DNA from: Dipteris shenzhenensis
Lineage: Eukaryota
Direction: 5' to 3' (one strand)
Assembly (NCBI GenBank): GCA_047967505.1
Contig: CM106538.1
DNA length: 64,000 nucleotides
The notes beneath the pieces were generated by a model. It did no database searches. It was not told the origin of the DNA and was given only the letters and a program-made list of their open reading frames with translations. Below are positions 36,706 through 48,980 of this stretch, piece by piece (positions within the stretch are counted from its first letter, which is position 1; each line of letters begins with the position of its first letter). The translations under genes were made by a program, and so were the position numbers.

Positions 36706-38690
36706 ATTTTGCCAAATTGGCAGCTCCTCTCAATGATCTTCTAAAAAAGAATGCTTTCCAATGGTTTGACAGTGCCAATAAGAGCTTTCAAGCATTAAAG
36801 GAGGCATTAACTTCAGCACGTATCTTGATATGTCTTGATTTCTCTCAACCTTTTATAATTGAGGCTGATGCTAGTGGAAGGGGTATTGGAGCTGTTCTAA
36901 AGCAGAGTCATGGAGTTATTGCCTTTGAAAGTCGAAAATTGGATGACAAGGAGTCAAGTTTCCACATTTATGACCAAGAGATGTTGGCAATACTTCATGC
37001 AATCAAAAACTGGCACCACTACGTCTATGGAAGCCATTTCAAGGTCAAGACTGATCATAAGACTCTCAGATATTTTCTATCTCAGTCGTCTCTATCACTC
37101 AAGCAAAGAAATGGCTATCCATTGTGCAAAACTTTGACTTTGACATAGATTATAAGATGGGCAAAGAAAATATTGTGGTAGATTCTCCTTCTAGGATATG
37201 GGCTTGTACTTTGTCATCTATATTGGATCCATGGCATTCAAGAAGAGTATCTCAATGATCCTCAAGCAGCTGCTATGTTCCAAGACTTGCAAGATCTTGA
37301 CTGTCAGCAATATCCCAATTCAAGTTGCACAATGGGCTCTTGTGGTATAATGATAGAATATTTCTTACTGGAAATTCCTCCTATAAGATGCTAATCTTGC
37401 AGGAATTTCACTCACCTCTTATGGCTGGGCATATAGGCTTCAACAAGACGTATGATAAGGTAAAACAGAGTTTTTACTGGAAGGGGCTTTGGAAGGATGT
37501 TCTTGCTTATGTACAAAGCTGTAAGCCGTGCCAACAAAATAGGGAGTTGAAGTTGAGGCCAGCTGGTCTACTACAACCTCTGCCTATACCTCAATGTAAA
37601 TGGACACATATCAGCATGGACTTTATTACAGGTCTACCTGTGACCTCTAAGGGTTGGAACAGCATCTTTGTGGTTGTTGATAGACTTACTAAAGCTGCCC
37701 ACTTCATTCCTACTAAGACACAATTTATAGCTTCCAAGGTGGCTAAGCAATTCATGGAGAATGTGTCTAAATTACATGGACTTCCTCAGGAGATTGTGAG
37801 TGATCGTGATGCTAAGTTCATGGGGCATTTTTGGCAAGAGCTTTTCAGTTCTATGGGAACACTTCTTACCCCAAGTATAGCAGATCACCCTCAAACTGAT
37901 GGGCAAACAGAGAGGGTTAACCGCTGGTTGGAAGAGTATCTAAGGCATTTTTGTTTTGAGCCCAAGCATGTTGGGATCAATGGTTGCATCTAGCTGAATT
38001 TTGTTATAATACCACCAAGCACACTTCAATTGGTATGAGCCCTTTTGAAGCCATGTTTGGCTGTAAAGCTTCGGTCCCATCAACCATTATTGATCAAGCA
38101 TTGACCAGCCAGCAAGCCAAGGATGATTTGGCTCACATGACTGCTCTATTACAGCAATGTAAAGATAATATGGTAAGGGCCCAAGCAAGGATGAAGGATT
38201 ATGCTGATGAGCATAGGAGAGATCTTCATTTTGAAGAAGGGGATTATGTGTTTCTCAGATTACATAAGTCCAGGCATGCTTCTTTGAAAGGTAATACCAA
38301 TGTTAAACTTGCTCATAGGTATTATGGACCTTACAAGGTTTTGAGGAAAGTTGGGGAAGTGGGTTATGAGTTGGAGCTTCCATCATCCTCTAGAATACAC
38401 AAAGTATTCCACGTGTTGCTTCTCAAGAAATATTTGGGACCTAAGGAGCAAGTTATGGAAGAGCTACCTCCTATGGATGAAGAGGGCCAGATTGAGTATA
38501 TACTTGAGAAGATCCTTGGATTTAGAGATCATGTGTTGAGGAACATGTCCTACATGGAATATTTTATCAAATGGAGAGGTCTACCTGATGAGGAGTCTTC
38601 ATGGCAGCCATTTACAATTGTGGAGCAGTACCCTCATTTGCTTAGCTGATTTCTATGGCCAAAATTGCATCTTTATGGGCAGATCTGATT
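36706..38690 (+). mobile_element. Ty3/gypsy chromovirus pol fragment (RT end, RNase H, integrase, chromodomain)
   Basis: EADASGRGIGAVL, SMDFITGLP, VVVDRLTK, HPQTDGQTERVN, YYGPYKV, YFIKWRGLPDEESSW. Confidence 0.95.
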
Positions 38691-40280
38691 TTCTTTTGCT
38701 ATATGGCATATATGAATATGTTGCAGCCAGCATTCACTATTTTTTTCAGATCAGCATGTCTCTCACTGGATTATATGATCAGATCTGTTATATTGGACAG
38801 CATAGCTTTTCTAACTTTCCTGCCCTAATCCCATTATGTTCTACCAAATTAGTGGTATTTACCTTCAGTTAGAAGTAGTCCTGTTACATCTAGGGCCTCC
38901 AAGCAATCCGTCTACTGAAGATGATATCAGGATTATTTCATTCACAGATAGTAGTATCTGTCTCACTAGGTCAGGGAGTAGTGATCCCTCGCCTCCTAGG
39001 CGGTCTATAAAGAATGTGATCTCATCCGTGCAGAGCCTGAAGAGAATCGGTGAAAGGGGGCATCCCTGCTTTGCCGCGATCGTGCTCTCAACCCAATCCG
39101 ATAGGCCTCTTGTGGCACGAACTCTCTCTCTGATAGACTCGTATAGGCTCATCACCTCCCAAATCATAATCTTTACATCTCCTGTAACCTCCTATTTAGG
39201 CAGGATCGTTAGATAGTGTCAAAGGTCTTCCGAAAGTCTACAAAGCAAGCGTAGAGTTTCTGGCGTCCCGACCATAGTTCCTAGGGAACAATGTTCCGAC
39301 ATTTGGAATGTTTGGAATGCCATCCCAGGAAGCAAGCTGGAATGGGAACGGCCCCGTGTATCGGTACAATGGTGATAGTTCTCCAAGGAGGTGCGAAGTC
39401 GTGGCATACAGCATAGGCCATGGTTGAACATCTGCGCTAGCACTGGAGCTAGGACCTCTTGCCCATGTGCGAGGTGCTCAGTCCGTAGTCCCTCATGATG
39501 CTGTGCTCTCCGATTACCGATGGAGTGCGGCCGTACATTATGTGCAATGAACAAATGTCAATTAGTGGGCTTGGGCATAGAGGACATATTAGGTGGTGCT
39601 TGCATTGGGACATTATAGAGAGAGGATGCATTGGGATCTGTGATGGGAATAGGTGGCTACCCTTCGATAGAAGCCCACCCAATGGTTTGCCCCTTGAAAT
39701 GATCTAATCACCTCATCCATCTTGTGTGAGGAAAGCCCACTTCTTACGATGTGTCAATTGTCGTGAGATCCCCTGTGCCCCAGGTGATGTCTGATGGCCT
39801 AAGGCTCGCTCACGTATGAGGTGAGCTCTCATCTCTTTGCACTTGTCATCGAACTAAGGGTTTTGAGGCATCTTTCCAATGGGGACATGTGCATATCGAG
39901 TTGTGGGGAAAGATTTGGTGGTGACATTTTGTACCACTCAGGCAATGATGTTTGAGGTGTGGGCGAGGTCTACATCGGCTCCAAGTAGGGCGGGAAGCTC
40001 TCGGGCTAAGTTTCTCACATAGATTGGGTCAAGGGCACAGTCAAAGTGGATCTGGACACGAGTGGGCATCGGAGGGACCCTCCCTGTGACTGGCATAGTA
40101 GCAAAAATGCAAAAGACTAGGTATGAATGGTTAGCATCGAGTGGGGGAGGAGGCACAATAAAGTCACGTATCTGTGAGGCAAAGGCTAAGGGACCCACCA
40201 GGTAGTACGTTGTACTTGCCCCCCCGCCATGTGAGAAGCAAGTGAGCCCACCAGACGATGGCCATCTCTGGAGACCGTTA

Positions 40281-42855
40281 TGTGAAAAGTGCAGCGGAAA
40301 TGAACAGAAGAGAGAGAGAGATAGCATGCCTCACACACACACACTGAGAAGGAGAGAAAGGAGAGAGAGGCACAGGAGAACTGCAAGTGGTCTCTGGAGA
40401 AAACCCTGCTACAACTGGGGAAAACCTCGGAAACAACGGGTTGCTTGAGAGCTCAGAACACACAGCTCAACAACCAAAGGAAGGGAGCACAAGGGAGTGG
40501 ATGAACTGCTCCACTACCTTGCTCCACAGGTGCAAGATTGCGCTGGCTCTACTCCTCTGCCAGGCCCTAGAATGGACTGATCTGCTGCTCCACAAGATGC
40601 AACAAAGAGGGCTGAGGGGGGCATATATATAGCCCCCTGCCCCTCCCTAGTCGGGTAGTGCAGACTGGCCGACCAGCCTGCAAGGTGGCCAACCCTACAG
40701 ACCAGCATGCCGACTCAAAGGGGGGTGGGCTGACCCACCTCTGCCCGGTAGCAGCCCTGCAGGGGGCTGCTCAGGGCCGACCCCTTAGGCGCCTCCATAA
40801 CCGACATCCCTACCTCCTAGGCACCTCTAGCCAACAGCCCTAAGGGAGAGCCTCTCCTCCTGCCCCTCAAGCTGCAGCCTTACAGCACACATGTAGGGAC
40901 GAGCATACCCTAAACTATCCTCACGGGGGGCGGGCACACCCACAGCACAGGCCCTCACTCTCTACATTACCCTCACTCACTATTGGCCACCTAGTTAGTG
41001 GACCCCTGTGCGTTCCTTTGGGGTGATGCCAATAATGACCTTTCTGGCCACGTCGGTTACACATACGGATGCTTGGAGAGCTTCTTGTTCCTTAGGTGTC
41101 AACTGCTTCTACCTTTTTGATCAGCTGTCAAAGCCTCAGGCTGACTGTCGTAGGTATGATCGACGAAGAGCTCCTCTTGGTCAAGCACCATGGGGATCAA
41201 TTCCTCCGAGGTCAACTCATTCACCCTACCACTGGTGATCATGGATGAATAGAAGGCCCCGTATTGAGAGGATAACTGGGACAGAAGAGTTATGGCCATG
41301 TCCTATGATGAAATTTACTTCCTTGCCTGAAGGATCTCCTACTGAAGTTCCTGTAACTTGTTGATGTGTACCCGCATCGATGAAGACTTCTTGGGATCCA
41401 ACAAACTCATTTGGACCTCCAATGAAACCCTCTTCATGGGAGAGGTTCGGTTATACATGGACGCCAAATGCTCCCATATACTTTTGGCCACTATCATGTG
41501 CTTCATGTGATTAATCACCTGAGGAGTACATTTAAGAAAGATATGATCTTACCCTGGCATTAACACGGTCTCACAGCTGGGATAGAGTCTCTGCCTCCTT
41601 CCGAGCGAGGATGCCAAGGTTCTCTGCCAGGGGATCAAGTCGAGCAACACCTATCAAGACGAAATCTGCCATGTCGTATGACTGTAACACAGATTCCATC
41701 ATCACCCGCCAAACTCCGTAATTGAGCCCATCCAACTGCTGGTCAATCGGGAACATGGGCAACACTAGAATTCTAGTCTTGTTTTCTGCCATCTCGGACA
41801 AACTCGCCATGTCGGAGTGAAGAGGACGATGAACTGAAAGAGAAGGTGGATGGGATGGAAGGAACTGAGGGTTGAAGAAAGGAGAAGGTTGAAGATGAGG
41901 ATGAAGGGGCTGACAGCCCAATGTACCTTCACACCTCACTTTCCGTCCCTTGGAAACACCTCTTTTCTGATCTGAAAGCACCCTTCAAAATCATCCTTCA
42001 CTGGTCACCCGAACAGTCCACACCTCACACACGTTCCTTCTCAAAGACACCTCGCTTAACACTCCCTTCGCTCCTCGGGTCTCAAGCCAACCATGGCTTT
42101 GATACCATGTGAGAAGTGCAGCGGAAATGAATGGAAGAGAGAGAGAGAGAGATAGCATGCCTCACACATACACACACTGAGAAGGAGAGAAAGGCACAGG
42201 AGAACTGCAAGTGATCTCTGGAGAAAATCCCACTACAACTGGGGAAAGCCACCTCGGAAACAACGGGCTGCTCAAGAGATCGGAACACACAGTTCAACAA
42301 CAAAGGAAGGGAGCACAAGGGAGTGGATGAACTGCTCCACTGCCCTGCTCCACAGGTGCAAGATTGGGCTGGCTCTGCTCCTCTGCCAGGCCCTGGAATG
42401 GACTGTTCTGCTGCTCCACAAGATGCAGTAAAGAGGGCTGAGGGGGGGCCTATACATAGCCCCCCAGGCCTCCCTAGTCGGGTAGGGCAGACTGGCCGGC
42501 CAGCCTGCAAGGTGGCCGATCCTACAGACCAGCAGGCTGACTCAAAGGGGGGTGGGCCGACCCACCTCTGCCCTATAAAAGGGCCTGGTAGCAGCCCCGC
42601 AGGGGGCTGTGCAGGGCGACCCCCTGGCGCTTCCATAGCCGACAGCCCTAAGGGAGAGCCCTCCTGCCCCTCAACACTGATCAGGCTGCAGCCCTACAGC
42701 ACACACGTAGGGACCAGCATACCCTAGACTATCCTCACGGGGGGGCCGGGCACACCCACAACACAAGCCCTCACTCTCTACACTACCCTCATTCATTGGG
42801 TGGGCACGCCTGCAAACACTGGCCCTCTCTCATCAGGTGATGTTGATTTCTAACA
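40281..42855 (-). mobile_element. Internally deleted copia element: two LTRs plus gag only
   Basis: LTRs 42108-42855 and 40281-~40983 (truncated); PBS gctttgatacca (42096-42107); gag LDGLNYGVWRVMMESVL; TSD CGTTA/TGTTA. LINE endonuclease coding resumes across the insertion. Confidence 0.92.
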
Positions 42856-43735
42856 TGTTATATATCATCAAATCATGGATTGCAACCAACTCAAGTAGAT
42901 GTCGCCCATACCCTATCACATGTGGTTGGGGGGAGGGAAGAGGAGGTATTTTCTTGAATGTATGTGAGTTGAAAGAAAGAAAGAGAAGGTATTCTCTTGA
43001 ATTCGAGTATTAATCTGTCTAACTCCAATGAAGGGCCCTTTTAGAAAAAAATTCAAATGTTTGCTATGCAGTTTAGTCTGCATGATGTTTGAACAGTTTT
43101 TGGTCTTGTCCTGTCTGCTCCTTCCAACTCTATTCTGCATATCTTCTGCGCTTGATCCAGTTTTTGTGGCACAATGTGCACGTTCTGCAGGGTGTGGTAT
43201 TAGGAATCTCTAGTTTCGTATGCCGATCTATTATCATTTTGAAGTATTACTAGCTGGGCTTTAGGAAGCTGACTCCGGCTGTAATGGACTATTTTTCTGT
43301 TATCATAATTTGCCAATGAAAGCAACAAGAAGAGGGGGTAAGAGAAAGCAGGATAGAACTCTAATGGCCTGGATACGCATGTTTATTTTGGCTTATGAGA
43401 CATTTTGTTTCCTCAAATTTGGTGGAGATTCTGGATGCATTAAACAGGTTGAAATCTTCTTTATTGTGGAGATCAGGAATTTTCTTCAGGTTTTGCAATT
43501 GAGAGGAGGTGATCTTAGAAATTTAGTTTGGTTTGTACCACTTGATAAGATCGAAAAGAGGGAGATCCCCCTTTTTGCTGTCAAATTCTTCTACAACAAT
43601 CTAGCTTCAATAAGCTTCTTGGAATAGGAAAGAGCAATAGAACATGTAGAGCTGAGCTCTCGACATACATAGGTTTTGTTATTTCGATTTCCTGCACAAG
43701 AAGTTGGTATTAAATGAAGAAACATTGTTGTTTAG

Positions 43736-43804
43736 GAAATGTATCGGCAAGGAGGCTCACAGCTTCGGGATGAGTTGCAGCAGCATTCTTTACGCACATC
43801 ACAG
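43736..43804 (+). CDS. CLASP: CLASP exon 4
   Basis: tttag|EMYRQGGSQLRDELQQHSLRTSQ|gtttgt. Confidence 0.93.
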
Positions 43805-43976
43805 GTTTGTCTCTTGCGAGAAGGCTTTTTTTGCAAAATACTCATGCAAAGTGAACATACATCGGCGTTTTATGTATGTGTAGTGTGTACTTCATATTTC
43901 TAGATATTTAAGAAGCCTTAAAATAGCCTTTGTGATTAACATGTGCTTGCTGATTCATTGCTCTGTTTACCTGCAG

Positions 43977-44154
43977 TTGAAAGAGATACTTGCCAGATTC
44001 GAGAAGATTGAGCCAAAAACTCCTACATTTGATGGTATCGCAAGTCAATTTGGGATAGCAGAGGTAAAGGCTCCTCCAAATCTCTCAGCAGGAATTGCTC
44101 GCCGAAGCAGCCCAAAGGCCAAGCCTACAGGCACAGAAACAAGTTCAGCTGGAG
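43977..44154 (+). CDS. CLASP: CLASP exon 5
   Basis: ctgcag|LKEILARFEKIEPK...RSSPKAK...SSAG G|gttagt (ends in phase 1). Confidence 0.93.
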
Positions 44155-44908
44155 GTTAGTGTGCATGGAAATGCCTTTTAATTTAGTTGAATATCAAAGT
44201 TAGAGAACCAGAAAAAATGGGTAGCTCTACAAAGTTTTGTGTGCTTCCGAGTATATTGCAGTGTTTGCTGCTTCTTGTTGGCCTGAATTCCCACTTGATG
44301 ATGATTTCAATCTAAATACTAGAGCCGCCTTAAACAAAAAGCTGCATTTTTTGCACATGTATACTTTGGGGTAATGGTTTGGGGGCTCACAAAAAGCTGC
44401 ATTTATGAGCTTCTCTCCTATGTGGATGCCTTCCTCTTAAGTGAGTCTTCCAGGTTCGTTTTGGATGTTGAGGATGGACAGAACTGAACATGTTGGCTTC
44501 TGATCTATCTTCCCGCACTTGCTTGATGGGGTGGTGATTTCAAGTTGAGATGTCATATTGCGTACTCCATGCTATGCATGTTTTAGTTTACATTATGAAG
44601 CTTTTTGAGCGGATTCTTAAAATTTGTAACCACCATTTTGTTTGTAGTTGTCGTGTGGTACTTCGGTACAAACACATGCTTCTCACTGGTGTACACTTGT
44701 TTGTGTGGATGTGCAAGACAATGTCTAGAGATTTTGTGATGACTGTCTTAGGAATCCATGATTTTTGCAAACTTAAACCATTCATTGGCTTGTTTTCTTT
44801 TGGATTTTGGAGTTTTGCTGGCAGCTTCTCCTAATGAAGGTTAAAAGTTTTTAAAGTCACATCACACAGGTTCAGATAACTAAATATTTACTATGCCTTG
44901 TCTTGAAG

Positions 44909-45070
44909 GTGAGAATGATGTTGCAGAAAAGCCAGTGGACCCTATTAGAGTTTATTCTGAGAAGGAGTTGACTAAAGAGCTAGATAAAATTTCCAGTATG
45001 CTTACTCCTGAACAAGATTGGTCAGTGCGGATGGCGGCAATGCAGCGGATAGAAGGTCTTGTTTTCGGAG
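44909..45070 (+). CDS. CLASP: CLASP exon 6
   Basis: gaag|(G)ENDVAEKPVDPIRVYSEKEL...DWSVRMAAMQRIEGLVFG G|gttggt; an in-frame alternative acceptor could start the exon at 44927. Confidence 0.92.
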
Positions 45071-45310
45071 GTTGGTCTCTGAAATCTAGATAAATGTTTT
45101 GGGTGTTTGTACAAAACTAGTCAGGTTTTTGTTGTATCTTTGGATATCATGTGGTCATAGGTAGTGTTTTACTTTGATAACAACAAGAACAGCAACCCCC
45201 CAACGTGCCCCCCTTCCCCCTCCGTTCCTTCTTTCCACACATGGTCTCCGTGTTTCCCTGTGTTTATGTTGGTGTTTCTTTTGTTTTAAGGAATAAGTTA
45301 GTGTACTCTC

Positions 45311-48300
45311 TGTAAGAAATCCTAGATTTACTATATTTAGAAATGTGCTAAGGAACAGAAAGGAGACTGAAATAGCAGAGAACAAGGAATAATTGTATTG
45401 CTTGAGTGTCTATAGTGTATCTGTAGTGTGTCATCCATACAATTGGGCCTCTCTTATATAGAGAGTGAAGAGTCACACATGAAAAGGTGTGTACTCCAAA
45501 GTGTGTGCATCAAGAGGTGTGTACCCCTTGTGAAGGGTGTGACCCTTGATGAGAGGGTACATTACAATAGGAATGTCTCTTCAATAGAATGTCTCTTGTG
45601 AAGGGTTGTGCCTCATAGGAAGTGTCCCGTCGAAAGGGCATACCCTTCCACAAGTGTCCATTCATCAAACCATCCATAAGTCTAGATATAGAGAAAGGAA
45701 TACGTCACAGATCGTGACATCCCCTCCCACTCAAAATAAGACCCTGGTGGAGATAATGAACTGATGTAGAAAATATCACAATAAAATCTGAAAATACTGC
45801 TGTAAAATGTCAGGGTGCTGCTGTAAGTCTTCATCAGATTGCCAAGTAGCGTCGGAGTCGTCCAGATCTCACTAAAGAACAAGGAATTCTGTGATAAGTC
45901 GATGTCGAGTCTCTCGTTGTCGATGGTCCAGAATACGCTCAGGAATAAGGAGAACATAATCGTCTTCGATTTCTGGAACATAATCACCTGCAGGAGGAAT
46001 TGCTTCATTGCCTGGAATGTACGTCTTTAGCCAAGAAATATGAAATGTCGGATGGATTTTACCCCATGATTGTGGTAATTCCAATTTGTAACTTAAAGGT
46101 GAATTTTTCTTGATGATTCGGAAAGGTCCATAGTATCTTGGTCGCAACTTAGGAAACACAGACTTAACCGTCTTATAGCGATGTGGGGCTACAAATAATA
46201 GCACCATGTCACCAGTGTCAAATTTCAGGTGACGTCTATGTTTGTTGGCAGACTGTTGATACCGCTCTTGCGCTTTTCGCATATGATCCCTGACTTGGAG
46301 TAGAATGTCTTGCATTTCTTGAACCAGTTGATCAGCTAGGGCCACTCGATGTTGAAGTATAAAATTCGTTGGTACGATGGGAGTGTGTCCATAAGTTGCT
46401 TGGAATGGAGTCATGCTGATGGCACTATGGAAAGAGTTATTATAAGCAAACTCAAGGAGTGGTAGATACTCTTCCCAAGCTGCTAGGCGTGACTGAATAT
46501 AATGTCGAAGCATTTCTTCCAGAACTTGGTTGACTCTTTCAGTCTGGCCATCTGATGCTGGGTGGTAGGCTGAACTGAACAGTAGAGTTGTTCCCAAAGA
46601 TTCGAAGAGTGAAATCCAAAAGTGACTGGTAAACTTAGGATCTCTGTCGGATATGATATTCTTGGGCAATCCATGGTGTCGGAAGATGTGTTGTATGAAG
46701 AGTTTGGCGATGTCCAGAGCCTGTGCACTGCTTTTGCAAGCAACAAAGTGTGCCATTTTAGACAATCGATCAACAATTACCATAATCTGAGTGTTACCTC
46801 TGGAGGATCGTGGTAGTGTTGTAATGAAATCCATGGAAATACTTTCCCACCTTTCAGTTGGAACTGGAAGAGGCTGAAGAAGTCCTGCTGGAAGTCGTCG
46901 GCTTACTTTCATTTGTTGACAAGATAAGCAAGATGTAACCATTTTGATGATGTCGCTTTTCATCTGAGGCCAGTAGTATGTTGCACTGAGTAACCGATAA
47001 GTCTTGTTGATGCCTGGATGGGCAGCATAAGGAACTACATGATGCTCTTTTAACAAAAGAGGTCGAACATCCTTGTCATGTGGTACACAGACGCGATCTT
47101 GATAATACAGAAGGTCGTCCGTATAAGAATAGAATGAGAAAATCTTCTGTTCGGAAGTCGAAGGTTGATCTTTTGAAAGAACTTGTACTGCTGTGCCGAA
47201 GTCTTTATCATTGAAATACTTCCCTTTGAATGAATTCGGAACATCCATAGATAATGTAGAGATTACCATAGCTGATGCTAGAGTTAACCTACTGAGAGCA
47301 TCTGCAACTACATTGCGTAGTCTTAGAATGTACTCAATGGTCATGTGAAAGTTGGCCAGAAACTCAACCCAGCGTGCTTGTCGAGTGTTCATGACTTGGC
47401 TGAGTAAAGATATACTTTAGAGAGTGATGGTCTGTCTTGACCACCGAGTCGGCTTCCATGAGATAATGTTTCCAAGAGCGATAAGCATGTACAACGGCAA
47501 GAAACTCCTTATCATTAACCGGGTATTGGGTTTGGATATCGGAATGTATGGCTGTCAAAAGCAATAACTCTGCCTTGTTGCATCAAGACTGCTCCTGTAG
47601 CGATGTCGGAAGCGTCGGTCATGACCTCAAATGGAAGGTTTGGGTCAGCAATAGCCATAACTGGTGTGGTAGTGAGTGCTTGCTTGAGTTGTTGGAGACT
47701 ATACTCTGTTTCGGGAAGCCACTGAAAAACTGATGTGCTTTCAATAATTCGGACATAGGAGCTGCGATTTCGGAAAACTGAGACCTTTGTATGGTAGAAG
47801 TTTGCCAATCTGAGAAAAGAGCGGACATCAGGAATATTCTTAGGAGTAGGCGAGTTTCGGATTACCTCGACCTTCTTGGGATCCACAGAGATGCCTTGAG
47901 CTGAAATAACATGTCCCAAATATTCGAGTTGGGTCTTGAAGAACTCACTCTTCTCAATGTTGATGTAGAGAGAATTTGCGCGGAGAACTTCAAAAACTTG
48001 GTGAAGATGTTGTTTGTGCTCATGTAGGGATCTACTGAAAACGAGGATGTCATCGAGGTAAACAATGACGAACTTATCAAGGAAAGGCCTGAAGATGTCG
48101 TTCATTAGTGTCATGAATGTGGTCGGGGCATTGTTTAACCCAAAAGGCATGACCAAACATTCATAGTGTCCATACTTTGTTCGAAAAGCTGTCTTGTACT
48201 CATCGCCTTCTCGTATGCGAATTTGATGATAACCTGAACGAAGATCAATCTTTGAGAATTGTGTTGCGTGTAGAAGTTGATCAAAGAGGTCATCGATGCG

Positions 48301-48365
48301 AGGCAATGGATACTTGTTTTTTATAGTGAGCTTGTTGAGGGCTCGGTAGTCGATGCAGATGCAGA
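45311..48365 (-). mobile_element. Ty3/gypsy chromovirus 3' half in intron 6
   Basis: RT ([15 protein letters not shown]), RNase H, 506-aa integrase ORF, chromodomain remnant (DATW), PPT gggagggga (45720-45728), 3' LTR 45311-45719. Confidence 0.95.
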
Positions 48366-48980
48366 CAGGCGAGGACGATTTGGAAGGGTGTTGCCAGGAT
48401 TCTTTGGATATTTCATAGAGTACCCTTCTTCATGACTTGGGGATTAGTGGCATGGTTGCCCTTAGGTGTTTTTTGAGGGACATGACTCAGACTCATTCTT
48501 CATTATACGACGACACTTTGTGGAGTCATGCTCTCTCTAGGATGTTTCTTTCACTCGTTTCAGAGCTGCTCATGCCTCGGTAGAGACGTCTTGGGAGATT
48601 CTGGCTAGCATTGCAGCTTGGCATATTTGGAGGGCCAGATGTACGGAGGCGATGGAGGGTTCACAGGTTCATCCTTCCCAGTCTATGGCTAGTATATGGA
48701 CTGATACTATACACACACTGATGGCCATCTGGGTGAGCATGCAGAGATCCTCCAGAGCAGCTACAGCCAAGAGAGATACTTTTTTTAGAGTTTGGAGAGG
48801 ATCTCCGTTCTTCTCAGAGTCTTCTTCAAGGTTGAGGTGGTATTTTCAGCCTCCACCTTGGATTTTTGTTAGCTTCTTTTGACTCTCATGCATGACATGA
48901 TGCACTCCCGCATTTGAGCTTGCTCTTGTGGCTTTCATTCATACTTAATGAAGTAATCTTTTTGAAAAAAGAAGAAGAAG
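48366..48980 (+). mobile_element. 3' end of an L1-type LINE with A-rich tail
   Basis: WHIWRARC motif (~48620), stop near 48882, short UTR, then aaaaaagaagaagaag (~48965-48980). Confidence 0.75.

Larger units (their letters stand above)
33995..42920 (-). mobile_element. RTE/L2-like LINE spanning most of intron 3, interrupted by nested LTR elements
   Basis: Minus-strand order: endonuclease (YGRHLLELVAIHDLMIYN|GLQRWP across the 40281-42855 insert; DANHSYLVF), FDDKCKEMR, RT (KQGCPLSPILF, LKVNT), ILAETG, and C-terminal RTHSHDLEVE...ENEQHVLLRC. Ends with a 3' stem-loop (34042-34073) and a (CT)18 tail (33995-34030). Confidence 0.88.
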
